A stretch of 64,000 bases of DNA. Source: an uncultured candidatus Porisulfidus sp. Lineage in GTDB: Bacteria; Pseudomonadota; Gammaproteobacteria; Poriferisulfidales; Oxydemutatoraceae. The DNA is taken from contig OZ244052.1 of the NCBI GenBank assembly GCA_965215125.1, positions 1,376,001 through 1,440,000 of the forward strand, read 5' to 3'. The stretch's first letter is position 1, and each line of letters starts with the position of its first letter. Shown here one piece after another: positions 21,052 to 30,373 of this stretch. A model generated the notes under the pieces. That model ran no database searches, was not told the origin of the DNA, and worked only from the letters and a program-made list of their open reading frames with translations. The position numbers and the translations under genes are program-made.

Positions 21052-21345
21052 TTAAGTGTCGGTTCGGGATTTGGATTTTTTGATTTTTGTCAAAGGGATC
21101 ACTTGACTGGTGCGCGGTTCGTCGGCAAATCGGGGACGCATTTTAGCTTTTGACTTTCCCGATGCTTGTTGCAGGGTTTGCTCGCGTGCGGAAATCAACG
21201 CAAAACAATCGCGAATATCTTTTATTGTGCTATCCTTTAGTGGATGACGCATGCCTGCCGGCGGTGTCGTGTCTTTGACAACATTCGCCAGCGTTTTGCG
21301 CATCATGATTAGTATGCGTTGTTCTACGGATAAGTCTTCGGTCAT
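21052..21345 (-). CDS. Conserved hypothetical protein
   Basis: 97-aa ORF in an apparent operon with ykgJ and cysQ. Confidence 0.7.
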   Translation of the reverse strand: MTEDLSVEQRILIMMRKTLANVVKDTTPPAGMRHPLKDSTIKDIRDCFALISAREQTLQQASGKSKAKMRPRFADEPRTSQVIPLTKIKKSKSRTDT

Positions 21346-21426
21346 AGCTTTATTCGGTGAATGGTTGCATTATAACCCGTTTGCGTACAGACTGATACGA
21401 TTGGGCAAATATCTAAGTTAGAAGAG

Positions 21427-21741
21427 GTGATTATGAAACAAGCGGAATTTTCAATAGGCGAAGTCGTAAAGCATAAGCTATTCAATTACTACGGTGTGAT
21501 CTACGATGTAGATGCCGTCTTTATGGGCAACGATCTATGGTACAAGCAGATTGCAAAAACCCGTCCCCCTAAAGACCAGCCATGGTATCGCGTGCTGGTT
21601 GACGGTCACGAACACGAGACCTATGTTGCACAACGCAACCTTGAGCATTGTGAGTATAGAGAGATCGATCATCCGATGCTTGACTTTTATTTTGACGGCA
21701 ACGACAAAACGCGATATACATCCAATGCGCTCAAAACTTAA
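21427..21741 (+). CDS. hspQ: Heat shock protein HspQ (YccV-like)
   Basis: FSIGEVVKHKLF.Y.GVI.DVD, QPWY.VL, YVAQRNL. Confidence 0.9.
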   Translation: MIMKQAEFSIGEVVKHKLFNYYGVIYDVDAVFMGNDLWYKQIAKTRPPKDQPWYRVLVDGHEHETYVAQRNLEHCEYREIDHPMLDFYFDGNDKTRYTSNALKT

Positions 21742-21746
21742 ACACG

Positions 21747-22184
21747 ATGCTCGGACACCTAAAAAAACTTTTTGAAAATAAGTCCGAGCAAAAGGCCGAT
21801 GAGTTCGGTGCCGAATTAAGAGCAGCTGCTATTCTATTGATAGAAGTTTGTTATGCCGACTTTGATATACAACAGGATGAACTCAAAGTGGCGGCTTCGT
21901 CACTGGTCTCCTTGTACGGATTGTCGGAGCCTAAGGCGCAAACTCTGCTTGAGCAAACTTTAATCGAACACCAAAAAGTGATTTCGCTTTTTGATTATAC
22001 GAAACTATTGAACGAGCACTTTTCGGTGAAGCAAAAAGAAACTTTGCTGCTCGCTTTGTGGAAAGTTGCACACGCCGATGATCGCGTCGTTGCAAACGAA
22101 GAGCACCGCATTAGAAAACTAGCCGAACAGCTTCATCTGCCGCATAAATCGTTCATCCAAACCAAATTGACCGCCGAGGCCTAG
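21747..22184 (+). CDS. TerB family tellurite-resistance-like protein
   Basis: LLIEV..AD, LWKVAHAD..EEHRIRKLA. Confidence 0.85.
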   Translation: MLGHLKKLFENKSEQKADEFGAELRAAAILLIEVCYADFDIQQDELKVAASSLVSLYGLSEPKAQTLLEQTLIEHQKVISLFDYTKLLNEHFSVKQKETLLLALWKVAHADDRVVANEEHRIRKLAEQLHLPHKSFIQTKLTAEA

Positions 22185-22189
22185 CGGGT

Positions 22190-22264
22190 GGTTATTCCCC
22201 TCCACAGGAGGGGAATAACCACCCCGTCAGGCTGCGCCTGCCACCCCTCCGAAGGAGGGGAATA
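22190..22264. repeat. Module A repeat pair between convergent genes
   Basis: TTCCCCTCCACAGGAGGGGAA plus ACCCCGTCAGGCTGCGCCTGCCACCCCTCCGAAGGAGGGGAA. Confidence 0.8.
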
Positions 22265-22284
22265 GACATCGTAGTTGCAAGATC

Positions 22285-22884
22285 TTAGCCGTCGTGCGTC
22301 AGCAAATAGAGTGCAACTTCGCTCATTAGATTGGGTAACAAACGGGTGCTTAAGGAAATTTCGTACGAGTGATTGACCCCGGCGCGCGCTTTGCAATGAA
22401 TTTTTTTCTTGTCGCATAGTGCCTCAAAATCCGAGAGCGTGCAGAGATGGACATTTTCGGTTTCGTACCATTGTGCGGGTAACACGGTTGTGACCGGCAT
22501 ATGCCCATGAAATAGTTGCATACGGTTTTTCCAATACCCCATATTATAAAAGGTGATAATCGTCTCCTTAGCAATGCGTAGCATTTCATCCAACACCCGA
22601 TCGGGGTGGCGTACTGCTTGCAATGTTTGGGTCATCAGCACATAATCAAAACTTTGTGCCGAGAAATAATCGTGCCATTGCCCTTCAAGATCGGCTTGTA
22701 TTACATCAACGCCGTTCTCTATGCAATGTGCGATATTGTCGTCGTCTATTTCCAATCCCAGCCCCGATACATTCCTTACTTCGCGCAGATACTTCAACAA
22801 TTCGCCCTGCCCGCAACCTAAATCCAATACTCGCGTATCGGGTTTAATCCAGTTGGCAATTAATTCCCAATCGGCACGCATCAT
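22285..22884 (-). CDS. metW: Methionine biosynthesis protein MetW
   Basis: [20 protein letters not shown]; follows metX. Confidence 0.93.
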   Translation of the reverse strand: MMRADWELIANWIKPDTRVLDLGCGQGELLKYLREVRNVSGLGLEIDDDNIAHCIENGVDVIQADLEGQWHDYFSAQSFDYVLMTQTLQAVRHPDRVLDEMLRIAKETIITFYNMGYWKNRMQLFHGHMPVTTVLPAQWYETENVHLCTLSDFEALCDKKKIHCKARAGVNHSYEISLSTRLLPNLMSEVALYLLTHDG

Positions 22885-24020
22885 AGCCCCGCTGCTATTT
22901 GCTCCATATAGGCCCGCAAAGCCTTATGGTATTGAGGCACCGGCATCAGAAACGAATCGTGTCCGTGGTGTGCTTTGATTCCGCAGTAACTTACACGGCG
23001 ATTTGAATGTACCAGGGCTTTAACTATTTCGTGGGATCGTGTGCTTGAAAAACGCCAATCGGCAGAAAAAGAAACTACCAAGAAACCGCAGCTGGCTTGT
23101 CTAAATGCTTCGCTTAAATCGCCGTCGTATTCCGCTGCCGGGTCGAAATAGTCCAGTGCCTTAGTCATCAATAAATAAGTGTTTGCATCAAAACGGTTGA
23201 CAAAAGACTCACCCTGATAGCGTAGATAACTCTCCACCTGAAACTCAACATCAAATCCGTAATTAAGTTTGGTCGACTTGAGCTCTCGCCCGAACTTCTC
23301 GCGCATCGCATCGTCCGATAGATAGGTGATATGTCCCAACATCCGCGCCAACATCAACCCTTTTTGAGGAATGCCGTCATCGTAATAATTACCACCGTGG
23401 AACGAGGGATCCGACACAATCGCTTGTCTTGCGACTTCGTTGAACGCAATGTTCTGAGCCGACAATTTGGGCGCGGTTGCTATCAGCAAAGCATGTGCCA
23501 CCTTGTCCGGATAATCTATTGCCCACTGCATAGCCTGCATGCCGCCCAAACTACCTCCTACCACCGCTGCCCAGCGAGGTATCTCAAAAGCGGTTCTTAG
23601 CATATCTTGACTATGCACCCAGTCTTTAACGGTAACTATCGGAAAATCGAGCGCATAGTGTTTTCCGGTTTTAGGGTTAATCGTATTAGGTCCGCTGCTA
23701 CCGCTACAGCCGCCTAGATTATTCGGGCAAATAAAGAAAAAACGATTCGTATCAAACGGCTTACCGGGACCTATGCAATTATCCCACCATCCGGGTTTTT
23801 TATCCGCTGTGTTGTGATAGCCGGCAGCGTGCTGGTCGCCCGACAATGCGTGACAAATCAAAACGGCATTAGACCGTGCCGTATTCAACTTGCCATAGGT
23901 CTCATACGCCAAAGTGAACCCGGAAAGCGTATGACCGCAATCTAAAGTTAGGCTTTCGTTAAAATCCATCTGTTGAGATTTTACCAAGCCTACGGAGTTG
24001 GAGTATTTTTTTTCGGACAT
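22881..24020 (-). CDS. metX: Homoserine O-acyltransferase MetX
   Basis: [28 protein letters not shown]. Confidence 0.95.
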   Translation of the reverse strand: MSEKKYSNSVGLVKSQQMDFNESLTLDCGHTLSGFTLAYETYGKLNTARSNAVLICHALSGDQHAAGYHNTADKKPGWWDNCIGPGKPFDTNRFFFICPNNLGGCSGSSGPNTINPKTGKHYALDFPIVTVKDWVHSQDMLRTAFEIPRWAAVVGGSLGGMQAMQWAIDYPDKVAHALLIATAPKLSAQNIAFNEVARQAIVSDPSFHGGNYYDDGIPQKGLMLARMLGHITYLSDDAMREKFGRELKSTKLNYGFDVEFQVESYLRYQGESFVNRFDANTYLLMTKALDYFDPAAEYDGDLSEAFRQASCGFLVVSFSADWRFSSTRSHEIVKALVHSNRRVSYCGIKAHHGHDSFLMPVPQYHKALRAYMEQIAAGL

Positions 24021-24090
24021 TATGCTAAGTAAAGCGACTCGAGACTAAAATTATTATTATATTGTAATAATCCCTAACCTAGAGTATGGA

Positions 24091-25231
24091 TGTACAATGC
24101 CAGATACATATTGGACTCTTTAGAACCTAATCTTTCCACTAGGAAAAGTACTTTTCCTAGTGGAAAAATACCTCTTAAATCAAAGTAGCCGACATGCAAA
24201 ACCAGCACATCGGCTACCGCATTACAGGTTTTTATAAAATAGCCTCTTTTTCCAACAAAACGGAGGCTATGATGGCAACAGATGCCAAACAAAAACTTAA
24301 TGCATTAGAATTTTGGAACAAACACGGCTTAAACGCAACCCAAGACTTTGTCGGGGTGAGCCGTTCCACCCTATACCGCTGGAAAAAGTGCTTTGACGAG
24401 GGCGGTGTATCCGCTTTGCGAGACGCAAGTAAAGCACCTCGGCAGCATCGTCGCCGTAATTGGTCTACTCACATCAGCGATGAGATTAGGCGACTGCGAC
24501 ACAGCTATCCGAATATGGGTGCGCCGAAGATTTATTACTTCTTAAAGCCGTGGTGTGATGCACGCGAACTGCAGTGTCCGAAGCCGCGCACCATTGCACG
24601 GTTGATTGCCGATGCATCCGACAACATGCGCTGTTCGCCCCCTAAACTCTCTAAAAGAAAACACAAATGCAAGACTTCTCAACCACGCAACCGTCTCAGC
24701 AAAGATGCCAAAGCGCAATTTCCCGGACACTGCGTGGCTATGGATACTATCCATTATTTCGTTAATCGAACACGCTATTATCTGTTCACTGCGATTGACC
24801 ACTACAGCCGTTTTGCCGTTGCCATTACCTGCCGACGCGCCCACAGTAAAAATGCTGCGACATTCGCAAGATTGGTGGACACGGTATTCCCCGGCAACCT
24901 CTCTCAAGTACTGACCGACAACGGGAGCGAGTTTGCCGGCGACTTCGAGGCTTATCTACAACGACACAACATTAAACACTGTTATACTTATCCTCGTTGC
25001 CCGAAAATGAATGCCATAGACGAGAGATTTAACCGTACCATTCAGGAGGAGTTTGTAGCACATCATGAGGATATTTTAGTGACCGATTTAGCACAATTTA
25101 ACGACGTATTATTTGAGTATCTCGGGCGGTATAACTTCAGGAGACCGCACCAAAGTCTAGCCTATAAAACACCGGCACAACAGCTTGCTTCCTTTTGTCC
25201 CCATTTGTCCAATATGTCATGGCATCGTACA
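24091..25231 (+). mobile_element. IS481-family element, copy 1 (1141 bp)
   Basis: TIRs TGTACAATGCCAGATACATATTGGAC / GTCCAATATGTCATGGCATCGTACA; 5-bp TSD ATGGA. Confidence 0.92.
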
Positions 25232-25264
25232 ATGGATTTCATCATTTTGAGATATTGTATATAA
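24194..25264 (+). CDS. IS481-family DDE transposase
   Basis: HTH, AMDT, LTDNGSEF, ERFNRT, RPHQSL; stop codon lies outside the IS. Confidence 0.9.
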   Translation: MQNQHIGYRITGFYKIASFSNKTEAMMATDAKQKLNALEFWNKHGLNATQDFVGVSRSTLYRWKKCFDEGGVSALRDASKAPRQHRRRNWSTHISDEIRRLRHSYPNMGAPKIYYFLKPWCDARELQCPKPRTIARLIADASDNMRCSPPKLSKRKHKCKTSQPRNRLSKDAKAQFPGHCVAMDTIHYFVNRTRYYLFTAIDHYSRFAVAITCRRAHSKNAATFARLVDTVFPGNLSQVLTDNGSEFAGDFEAYLQRHNIKHCYTYPRCPKMNAIDERFNRTIQEEFVAHHEDILVTDLAQFNDVLFEYLGRYNFRRPHQSLAYKTPAQQLASFCPHLSNMSWHRTMDFIILRYCI

Positions 25265-25331
25265 TATCTGCTTTATCGGAATAAATGTAGCAAAAGCTAC
25301 GGTAAGTTAAAATTTTAGACAGGAGAACAAA

Positions 25332-25694
25332 ATGGCTGAAGCAGATCCGTCAAAAACTATAATTCATAAGCAAAGGGAAATACACAGAGATAAAAACGGC
25401 TACCTTCTCAACCCCTTAGATTGGAGTCAGGAAGTAGCGGACATCATTGCTAAAGAAGAAGGTTTGACCATCACCGAAAAGCACATGGATATCATCGTGC
25501 ATTTGCGCGACAGGTTTTTCAACTTTAACGAGGATCAACCTAATACGCGCAATATTCTTAAAGCGATGCAAGCGCAGTGGGGAGACGATAAACTTTCGTC
25601 TAAAGATCTCTACGACCTTTTCCCTCAAGACCCGAGCAAGCAAGGCGGACGTTTTGCAGGATTGCCCGAAAGTCGTCGCAAAGGCGGTTATTGA
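25332..25694 (+). CDS. TusE/DsrC/DsvC family sulfur relay-like protein
   Basis: DKNGYL..PLDWS..VA..IA, LYDLFP.DP.KQ..RFAGLP; no C-terminal Cys. Confidence 0.8.
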   Translation: MAEADPSKTIIHKQREIHRDKNGYLLNPLDWSQEVADIIAKEEGLTITEKHMDIIVHLRDRFFNFNEDQPNTRNILKAMQAQWGDDKLSSKDLYDLFPQDPSKQGGRFAGLPESRRKGGY

Positions 25695-25725
25695 TTGCCG
25701 GATAGTAGGCGTAGATTAGATTGAA

Positions 25726-25802
25726 TGGTAGGCGCGATTGGATTTGAACCAACGACCCCCACTATGTGAAAGTGGTGCTCTAACCAACTGAGCTACGCGC
25801 CT
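25726..25802 (-). tRNA. tRNA-Val(CAC)
   Basis: Cloverleaf AGGCGCGTAGCTCAGTTGGTTAGAGCA-CCACT-TTCACAT-AGTGG...TTCAAATCC...CCA. Confidence 0.93.
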
Positions 25803-25841
25803 ACGGTGCGATCGGGTGATTAGGGGAACCCGGCCGAATTC

Positions 25842-26174
25842 TTAGATGTTTTGATCTATGAAAGCAACCAGTTGCGAGTGTGTCAACATACCAACTTTGG
25901 TATCTTTGATTTCGCCATCCTTAAATAAAATTAAAGTCGGGATGCCTCTGATGCCGTATTTAGGCGGTGTCTGTTTATTTTCATCCACGTTTAGCTTCAT
26001 AATTTTAATCCGCCCTTGATATGTGTGTGCAATTTCTTCTATCAAAGGAGCGATTGCCTTGCAAGGACCGCACCACTCTGCCCAAAAATCCACTAAAACG
26101 GGTAAATCTGCATCTAATACTTCTTTCTGAAAATTACTGTCATCAGCTTGACCTATATCATTACTCATAATCAC
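25842..26174 (-). CDS. trxA: Thioredoxin
   Basis: DFWAEWCGPC, GIRGIPTL. Confidence 0.96.
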   Translation of the reverse strand: MIMSNDIGQADDSNFQKEVLDADLPVLVDFWAEWCGPCKAIAPLIEEIAHTYQGRIKIMKLNVDENKQTPPKYGIRGIPTLILFKDGEIKDTKVGMLTHSQLVAFIDQNI

Positions 26175-26375
26175 CTACTGTTTTAATATTTATAACCTAT
26201 AACGCTATGTTGCGGTTATAGGCTTTATTTTATAGATTGCTCTGCTTGTGGAGAGCAATCTGTGAACATAATGGCACATGATACTTGCATAAACGCGTTA
26301 TGTCTAGGATTTTTTTTATATGAGTCCATCCCTACATATCGTATCGCACATCGTGGTTATGCAGAACAGCACACA

Positions 26376-26493
26376 TTAAACTGCGAGAAAATCGTATTGT
26401 GCTTGATAGGCTTTTAGGTCGCTCAAAAACTTCGCGTAGCGGTCGTTTTGCTTAACGACTGCGACTAAATCTTTAAGCGTAGCACCCGATAAT
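26376..26493 (-). pseudogene. Displaced duplicate of the pyrE 3' end
   Basis: About 90% identical (11 differences in 118 nt) to 28152-28269; frame and stop preserved. Confidence 0.85.
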
Positions 26494-26598
26494 GCCTTGT
26501 CCGTCCTGCAGCATGTCTCCTCCACTTCCTAGGCACTGCATCTACCTAAGCGTTTATCTTATATCAAATAAGCCGAAGTTTAATATATCTGTCCGCCC
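26490..26598 (-). mobile_element. Fragment of the second IS110's upstream end
   Basis: Near-identical to 53612-53721. Confidence 0.8.
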
Positions 26599-26812
26599 GA
26601 TAGGTCAATCGGCGGAACAGTTGTACGAAATCTGAATACTATGTCCATTAAAAAATATATCAAGGTTCAATCGGCGGCTTTATTCTGCCCGAAACGCATC
26701 ATGTTTGCACGATGAACGCATTCACCTATTCGTTTTGTGGATATAATATACATGCTGGTTGGCACATGGTAGAAGTGCGCAAGAAATTCATAAACAACTT
26801 ACTGCATAGGAG

Positions 26813-27562
26813 ATGATGATGAACGATCTACAAATCAACGAGGCGAAATCGGGTTACGAGATATACAATGCGAAAGCAAAAAGAAACACAAAGGTAAATA
26901 CGCTTAAGCGATTTTACCCACCACTGCCCGATATGAAATTCTCAATTTTGTATGCCGATCCGCCATGGCATTACAACGGGAAATTACAATTCGATAAAAC
27001 CGCTACCATTGAAAACAATAAAGGCTGGAACAAAGATGTTTTTGTTAGTGCAGCCAACTTTAAGTATCCGACCATCAAAACATCCGACCTTAAGAAACTG
27101 GATATAAAATCAATAGCAGAGAACGACAGTTTATTGTTTATGTGGACAACCAACCCCCATTTGCAACAGGCTATTGAACTCGGAGCAGCATGGGGGTTTG
27201 AATACAAAACAGTTGCCTTTGTGTGGAATAAGATGGTACACAATCCGGGTCAATATACTATGTCTTATTGTGAACTCTGTTTATTGTTCAAGCGGGGGCG
27301 TATTCCTCACCCTAGAGGTGCTAGGAACATTAAACAATTGATTAATTGCCCTAGGAAACAGCATAGTAAAAAACCTATTGAAGTTGCAGAGAATATAGAA
27401 AAGATGTTTCCGGTTCAAAACAAGGTAGAACTTTTTGCTAGAATGAAAAGAGATGGTTGGTACTCTTGGGGTTTAGAAACCACTAGGAGGAATGCAGTTG
27501 CTAGTACAGAAGGTGTTTCAGGTTCTGCTCAAAGTGATTTGTTAGCAGGGCTGGGTCTTTAA
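26813..27562 (+). CDS. MT-A70 family adenine methyltransferase (orphan)
   Basis: ILYADPPW, LFMW, WGFEYKT..FVWNK, HSKKP, ELFAR. Confidence 0.9.
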   Translation: MMMNDLQINEAKSGYEIYNAKAKRNTKVNTLKRFYPPLPDMKFSILYADPPWHYNGKLQFDKTATIENNKGWNKDVFVSAANFKYPTIKTSDLKKLDIKSIAENDSLLFMWTTNPHLQQAIELGAAWGFEYKTVAFVWNKMVHNPGQYTMSYCELCLLFKRGRIPHPRGARNIKQLINCPRKQHSKKPIEVAENIEKMFPVQNKVELFARMKRDGWYSWGLETTRRNAVASTEGVSGSAQSDLLAGLGL

Positions 27563-27699
27563 TATCACGCCAAAAGAAATAATGGTGAGAGAATTTGTCA
27601 AACCAACAAGTAATTTCTCTAACCCTGCACGGATCTCTAGTTATATCTCCTTGGAACCCCCCCCAAAAAGGTGTACGGTGCCGAAGTTTTGAGACTATT

Positions 27700-27918
27700 T
27701 TAGAGATATTTAATCACTCCGATAATCGCTATACCAATACCCACTAGCTTCCAAGTCATACGCGTTTCTAGCTTTGCTATCTCCGCCTTTAGTTCTGATA
27801 TATCCATTTTAGTTGCTACGTCCTTTGAACTAGCAATATCGGCAACAGCTTCCTTTGCTTCGGCATCGGATACTCCGTTTATTTTTCTTAATGTGTCGTA
27901 AAGTGCTATTTCTGACAT
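27700..27918 (-). CDS. Small coiled-coil plus C-terminal TM protein (DUF1640/CCDC90-like)
   Basis: VATKMDI.ELKAEI..LE, hydrophobic C-terminus, SD AGGAG. Confidence 0.7.
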   Translation of the reverse strand: MSEIALYDTLRKINGVSDAEAKEAVADIASSKDVATKMDISELKAEIAKLETRMTWKLVGIGIAIIGVIKYL

Positions 27919-28151
27919 CTCTATTTTCTCCTATATAGATATGTGTGAAGTATAACACATATTAAAATTTGGTGACCACGCAGGTGCTCAAGCCACCGGC
28001 GGCCGTCGCCGGGGCGACCTCAAGCCACTCGAAGTCGCCCCGGCACGGCTATTTGCGTTAGAAGCAAAGTTTTTCTGGAGGGTCCGCTCCAATAGATTCG
28101 CCGGTCGAACCGGTAGGTCAATCGGCGCGACATTGTGCAGAACCGCGCACA

Positions 28152-28799
28152 TTAAACATCGGGAAAACCGTATTGTGCTTGATACGCTGTTAGGTCGCTC
28201 AGAAACTTCGTGTAGCGGTCGTTTTTCTTAACGACTGCGACTAAATCTTTAAGCGTGGCAACCGATAATACCTCAATTCCGAATTGTGCTTTCAACTCGG
28301 CAATCGATGATGTATTGCCGCTACCTTTTTCTTGTCTATCAAATGACACGATGAAAGCGACTGCTTTTGCGCCGTGGGATTTGATCAATTTTAACGAGTG
28401 ACGTGCGGCGGTGCCGGCACTCACGACATCGTCGACGATCAGGACGCGTCCCGTTAGCGGTGCGCCTATCAAGTGTCCGCCTTCGCCGTGTGTTTTTTCC
28501 TCCTTGCGATTGAAAGCAAACGGTTTATGTATGCCCTGTTGCTGTAGGCAAATAGCCGTTGCACAGACTAGAGGTATTCCCTTATACGCCGGTCCGAACA
28601 GTATATCAAAATCGATACCCGATTGAACAATCGTGTGAGCGTAGAAGTTTCCGAGTTCCCATAGAGTCTGTCCGTCGTTGAATACGCCGGCGTTAAAAAA
28701 ATAAGGGCTTGTTCTGCCCGATTTCAGTTTGAATTGCCCCAGCTTGATTGCCTCGTGTTCAAGGGCATATTCTATAAAGCGATGCGAGTTATATTTCAT
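28152..28799 (-). CDS. pyrE: Orotate phosphoribosyltransferase
   Basis: LKSGRTSPYFFN, GPAYKGIP, RKE.K.HGEGG, IVDDV. Confidence 0.97.
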   Translation of the reverse strand: MKYNSHRFIEYALEHEAIKLGQFKLKSGRTSPYFFNAGVFNDGQTLWELGNFYAHTIVQSGIDFDILFGPAYKGIPLVCATAICLQQQGIHKPFAFNRKEEKTHGEGGHLIGAPLTGRVLIVDDVVSAGTAARHSLKLIKSHGAKAVAFIVSFDRQEKGSGNTSSIAELKAQFGIEVLSVATLKDLVAVVKKNDRYTKFLSDLTAYQAQYGFPDV

Positions 28800-29695
28800 T
28801 GTCCTATATGCGGTTTGACTTTCATACTCATGTCTATTGCGTGTAGATGTTTGCTGAGTGCGCCTATGGAAATATAATCTACCCCATAACTTGCAATGGT
28901 CTTGATGTCTTGAAGTTTTATGTTACCCGATACTTCTACTTTGGCTTTGCCCGAGATTGTCGCGACGGCTTTCGGGATGTCACTCAATGCAAAGTTATCC
29001 AGCATGATGACATCAACCTCCGCAGCAAGTGCTTGCTCTATTTGTAGCAGTGTCCGAACTTCTACTTCTATCATTTTATCGGGTGTGTGCTTGCGTATCG
29101 CAGCGACGGCTCGAGCGACAGACCCGTGCATTGCGATATGGTTGTCTTTTAATAGCACACCGTCGGATAAATCAAGGCGATGATTGATGCCGCCGCCGCA
29201 GACCACGGCGTATTTTTGTGCCAATCTGAGGCCGGGGATGGTTTTGCGGGTATCCGATATGAGCGTGTGGCTCGCTTTGCCTAATTGTGCCACATAGTGC
29301 GCCACGGTGGTCGCAGTCCCCGAGAGTGTCTGCAAGAAATTCAATGCGCATCGTTCTGTGTGCAGTATCGCCGGCAACCGTCCGCTGATGGTGCAGAGCT
29401 GTTGTCCGGCACTGACCGCGTCTCCGTCTTTTGTGTGCCACTCCACCGAGAGATCGGCTTGTATTTGATTAAACACTTCGTCCACCCAAAATTGACCTGC
29501 AATTATTGCAGCTTCGTTGGATACGATTACCGCCTCTCCGGTCGTTTGAGGTTGTGCCACACGCGTGCTGAGGTCTTCTTCCGGCATATCTTCGGCAAGT
29601 GCGGTGCGGACATTATCCTGCACTACTTTATATAGCCATTCGGGGCAGTTTCCGGTGCTGAGATACCGTTCGGATTGTGAGATGATATGTTTCAC
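28796..29695 (-). CDS. nadC: Nicotinate-nucleotide diphosphorylase (carboxylating)
   Basis: DTRKTIPGLR, NHR..L.D.VLLKDNH, EVEV, MLDN. Confidence 0.96.
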   Translation of the reverse strand: MKHIISQSERYLSTGNCPEWLYKVVQDNVRTALAEDMPEEDLSTRVAQPQTTGEAVIVSNEAAIIAGQFWVDEVFNQIQADLSVEWHTKDGDAVSAGQQLCTISGRLPAILHTERCALNFLQTLSGTATTVAHYVAQLGKASHTLISDTRKTIPGLRLAQKYAVVCGGGINHRLDLSDGVLLKDNHIAMHGSVARAVAAIRKHTPDKMIEVEVRTLLQIEQALAAEVDVIMLDNFALSDIPKAVATISGKAKVEVSGNIKLQDIKTIASYGVDYISIGALSKHLHAIDMSMKVKPHIGQ

Positions 29696-29704
29696 TATGG
29701 TTGC

Positions 29705-30373
29705 TTATGTCGGTGTAGTGGTGTCGGTAAGTAGCGAATTTAATCGTTCCATTGTACCGATATCCACCCATTTTCCTGGATAATATTCGCCGCTAATCAA
29801 ACCGCGCGCGATTGCCGGTTGCAGAACCTGAAGCAACGGCAAGCGTTGCGGCTTCAACCCCTCGAATAAAGCGACGGTGTAATAGCCCATGCCGCTGAAA
29901 GTGAGTCGGGTTGGCGCATCGTCAACTAAGCGGTCATCGGCTATGCCGAAGTCTCCGTCAGGGTTATGCGAGGGATTGTTCACCATAATCAAATGCGCCT
30001 GCATGGGTGCTCGGAGTGTGATCGGATGAATCTGGTAATCCGTATAGACATCGGCATTGATGACGAAGAAAAGGTCGTCGCCTAGCAACGGCAGAGCATT
30101 GACGATGCCGCCGGCGGTTTCCAAAGTGTGCGTCCCTTCGTCCGAATAAACGATGCGCACACCGTAGGCACTACCGTCTTTTAGCGTGTCTTTTATCATT
30201 GCGCCCAAGTGTCCTAAATTGATGACGACATCGGTGATACCGGCGTCTCGTATACGCATCAGATGGTGTTCTATCAAGCACGCACCGTTCACTTCAATCA
30301 GTGCTTTGGGAATACGCTCGGTCAACGGACGCATGCGCATGCCTTGACCTGCCGCCAAGATCATCGCCTTCAT
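29705..30373 (-). CDS. murU: N-acetylmuramate-1-phosphate uridylyltransferase
   Basis: MKAMILAAG.G.RMRPLT, LETAGGI; paired with amgK. Confidence 0.9.
   Translation of the reverse strand: MKAMILAAGQGMRMRPLTERIPKALIEVNGACLIEHHLMRIRDAGITDVVINLGHLGAMIKDTLKDGSAYGVRIVYSDEGTHTLETAGGIVNALPLLGDDLFFVINADVYTDYQIHPITLRAPMQAHLIMVNNPSHNPDGDFGIADDRLVDDAPTRLTFSGMGYYTVALFEGLKPQRLPLLQVLQPAIARGLISGEYYPGKWVDIGTMERLNSLLTDTTTPT

Noticed and set aside
26195-26261. Riboswitch upstream of trxA
   Set aside because: Two simple hairpins with no recognisable aptamer consensus.
26376-28269. DGR template/variable repeat pair
   Set aside because: Differences are not adenine-specific, the gene is pyrE, and no reverse transcriptase is in the window.
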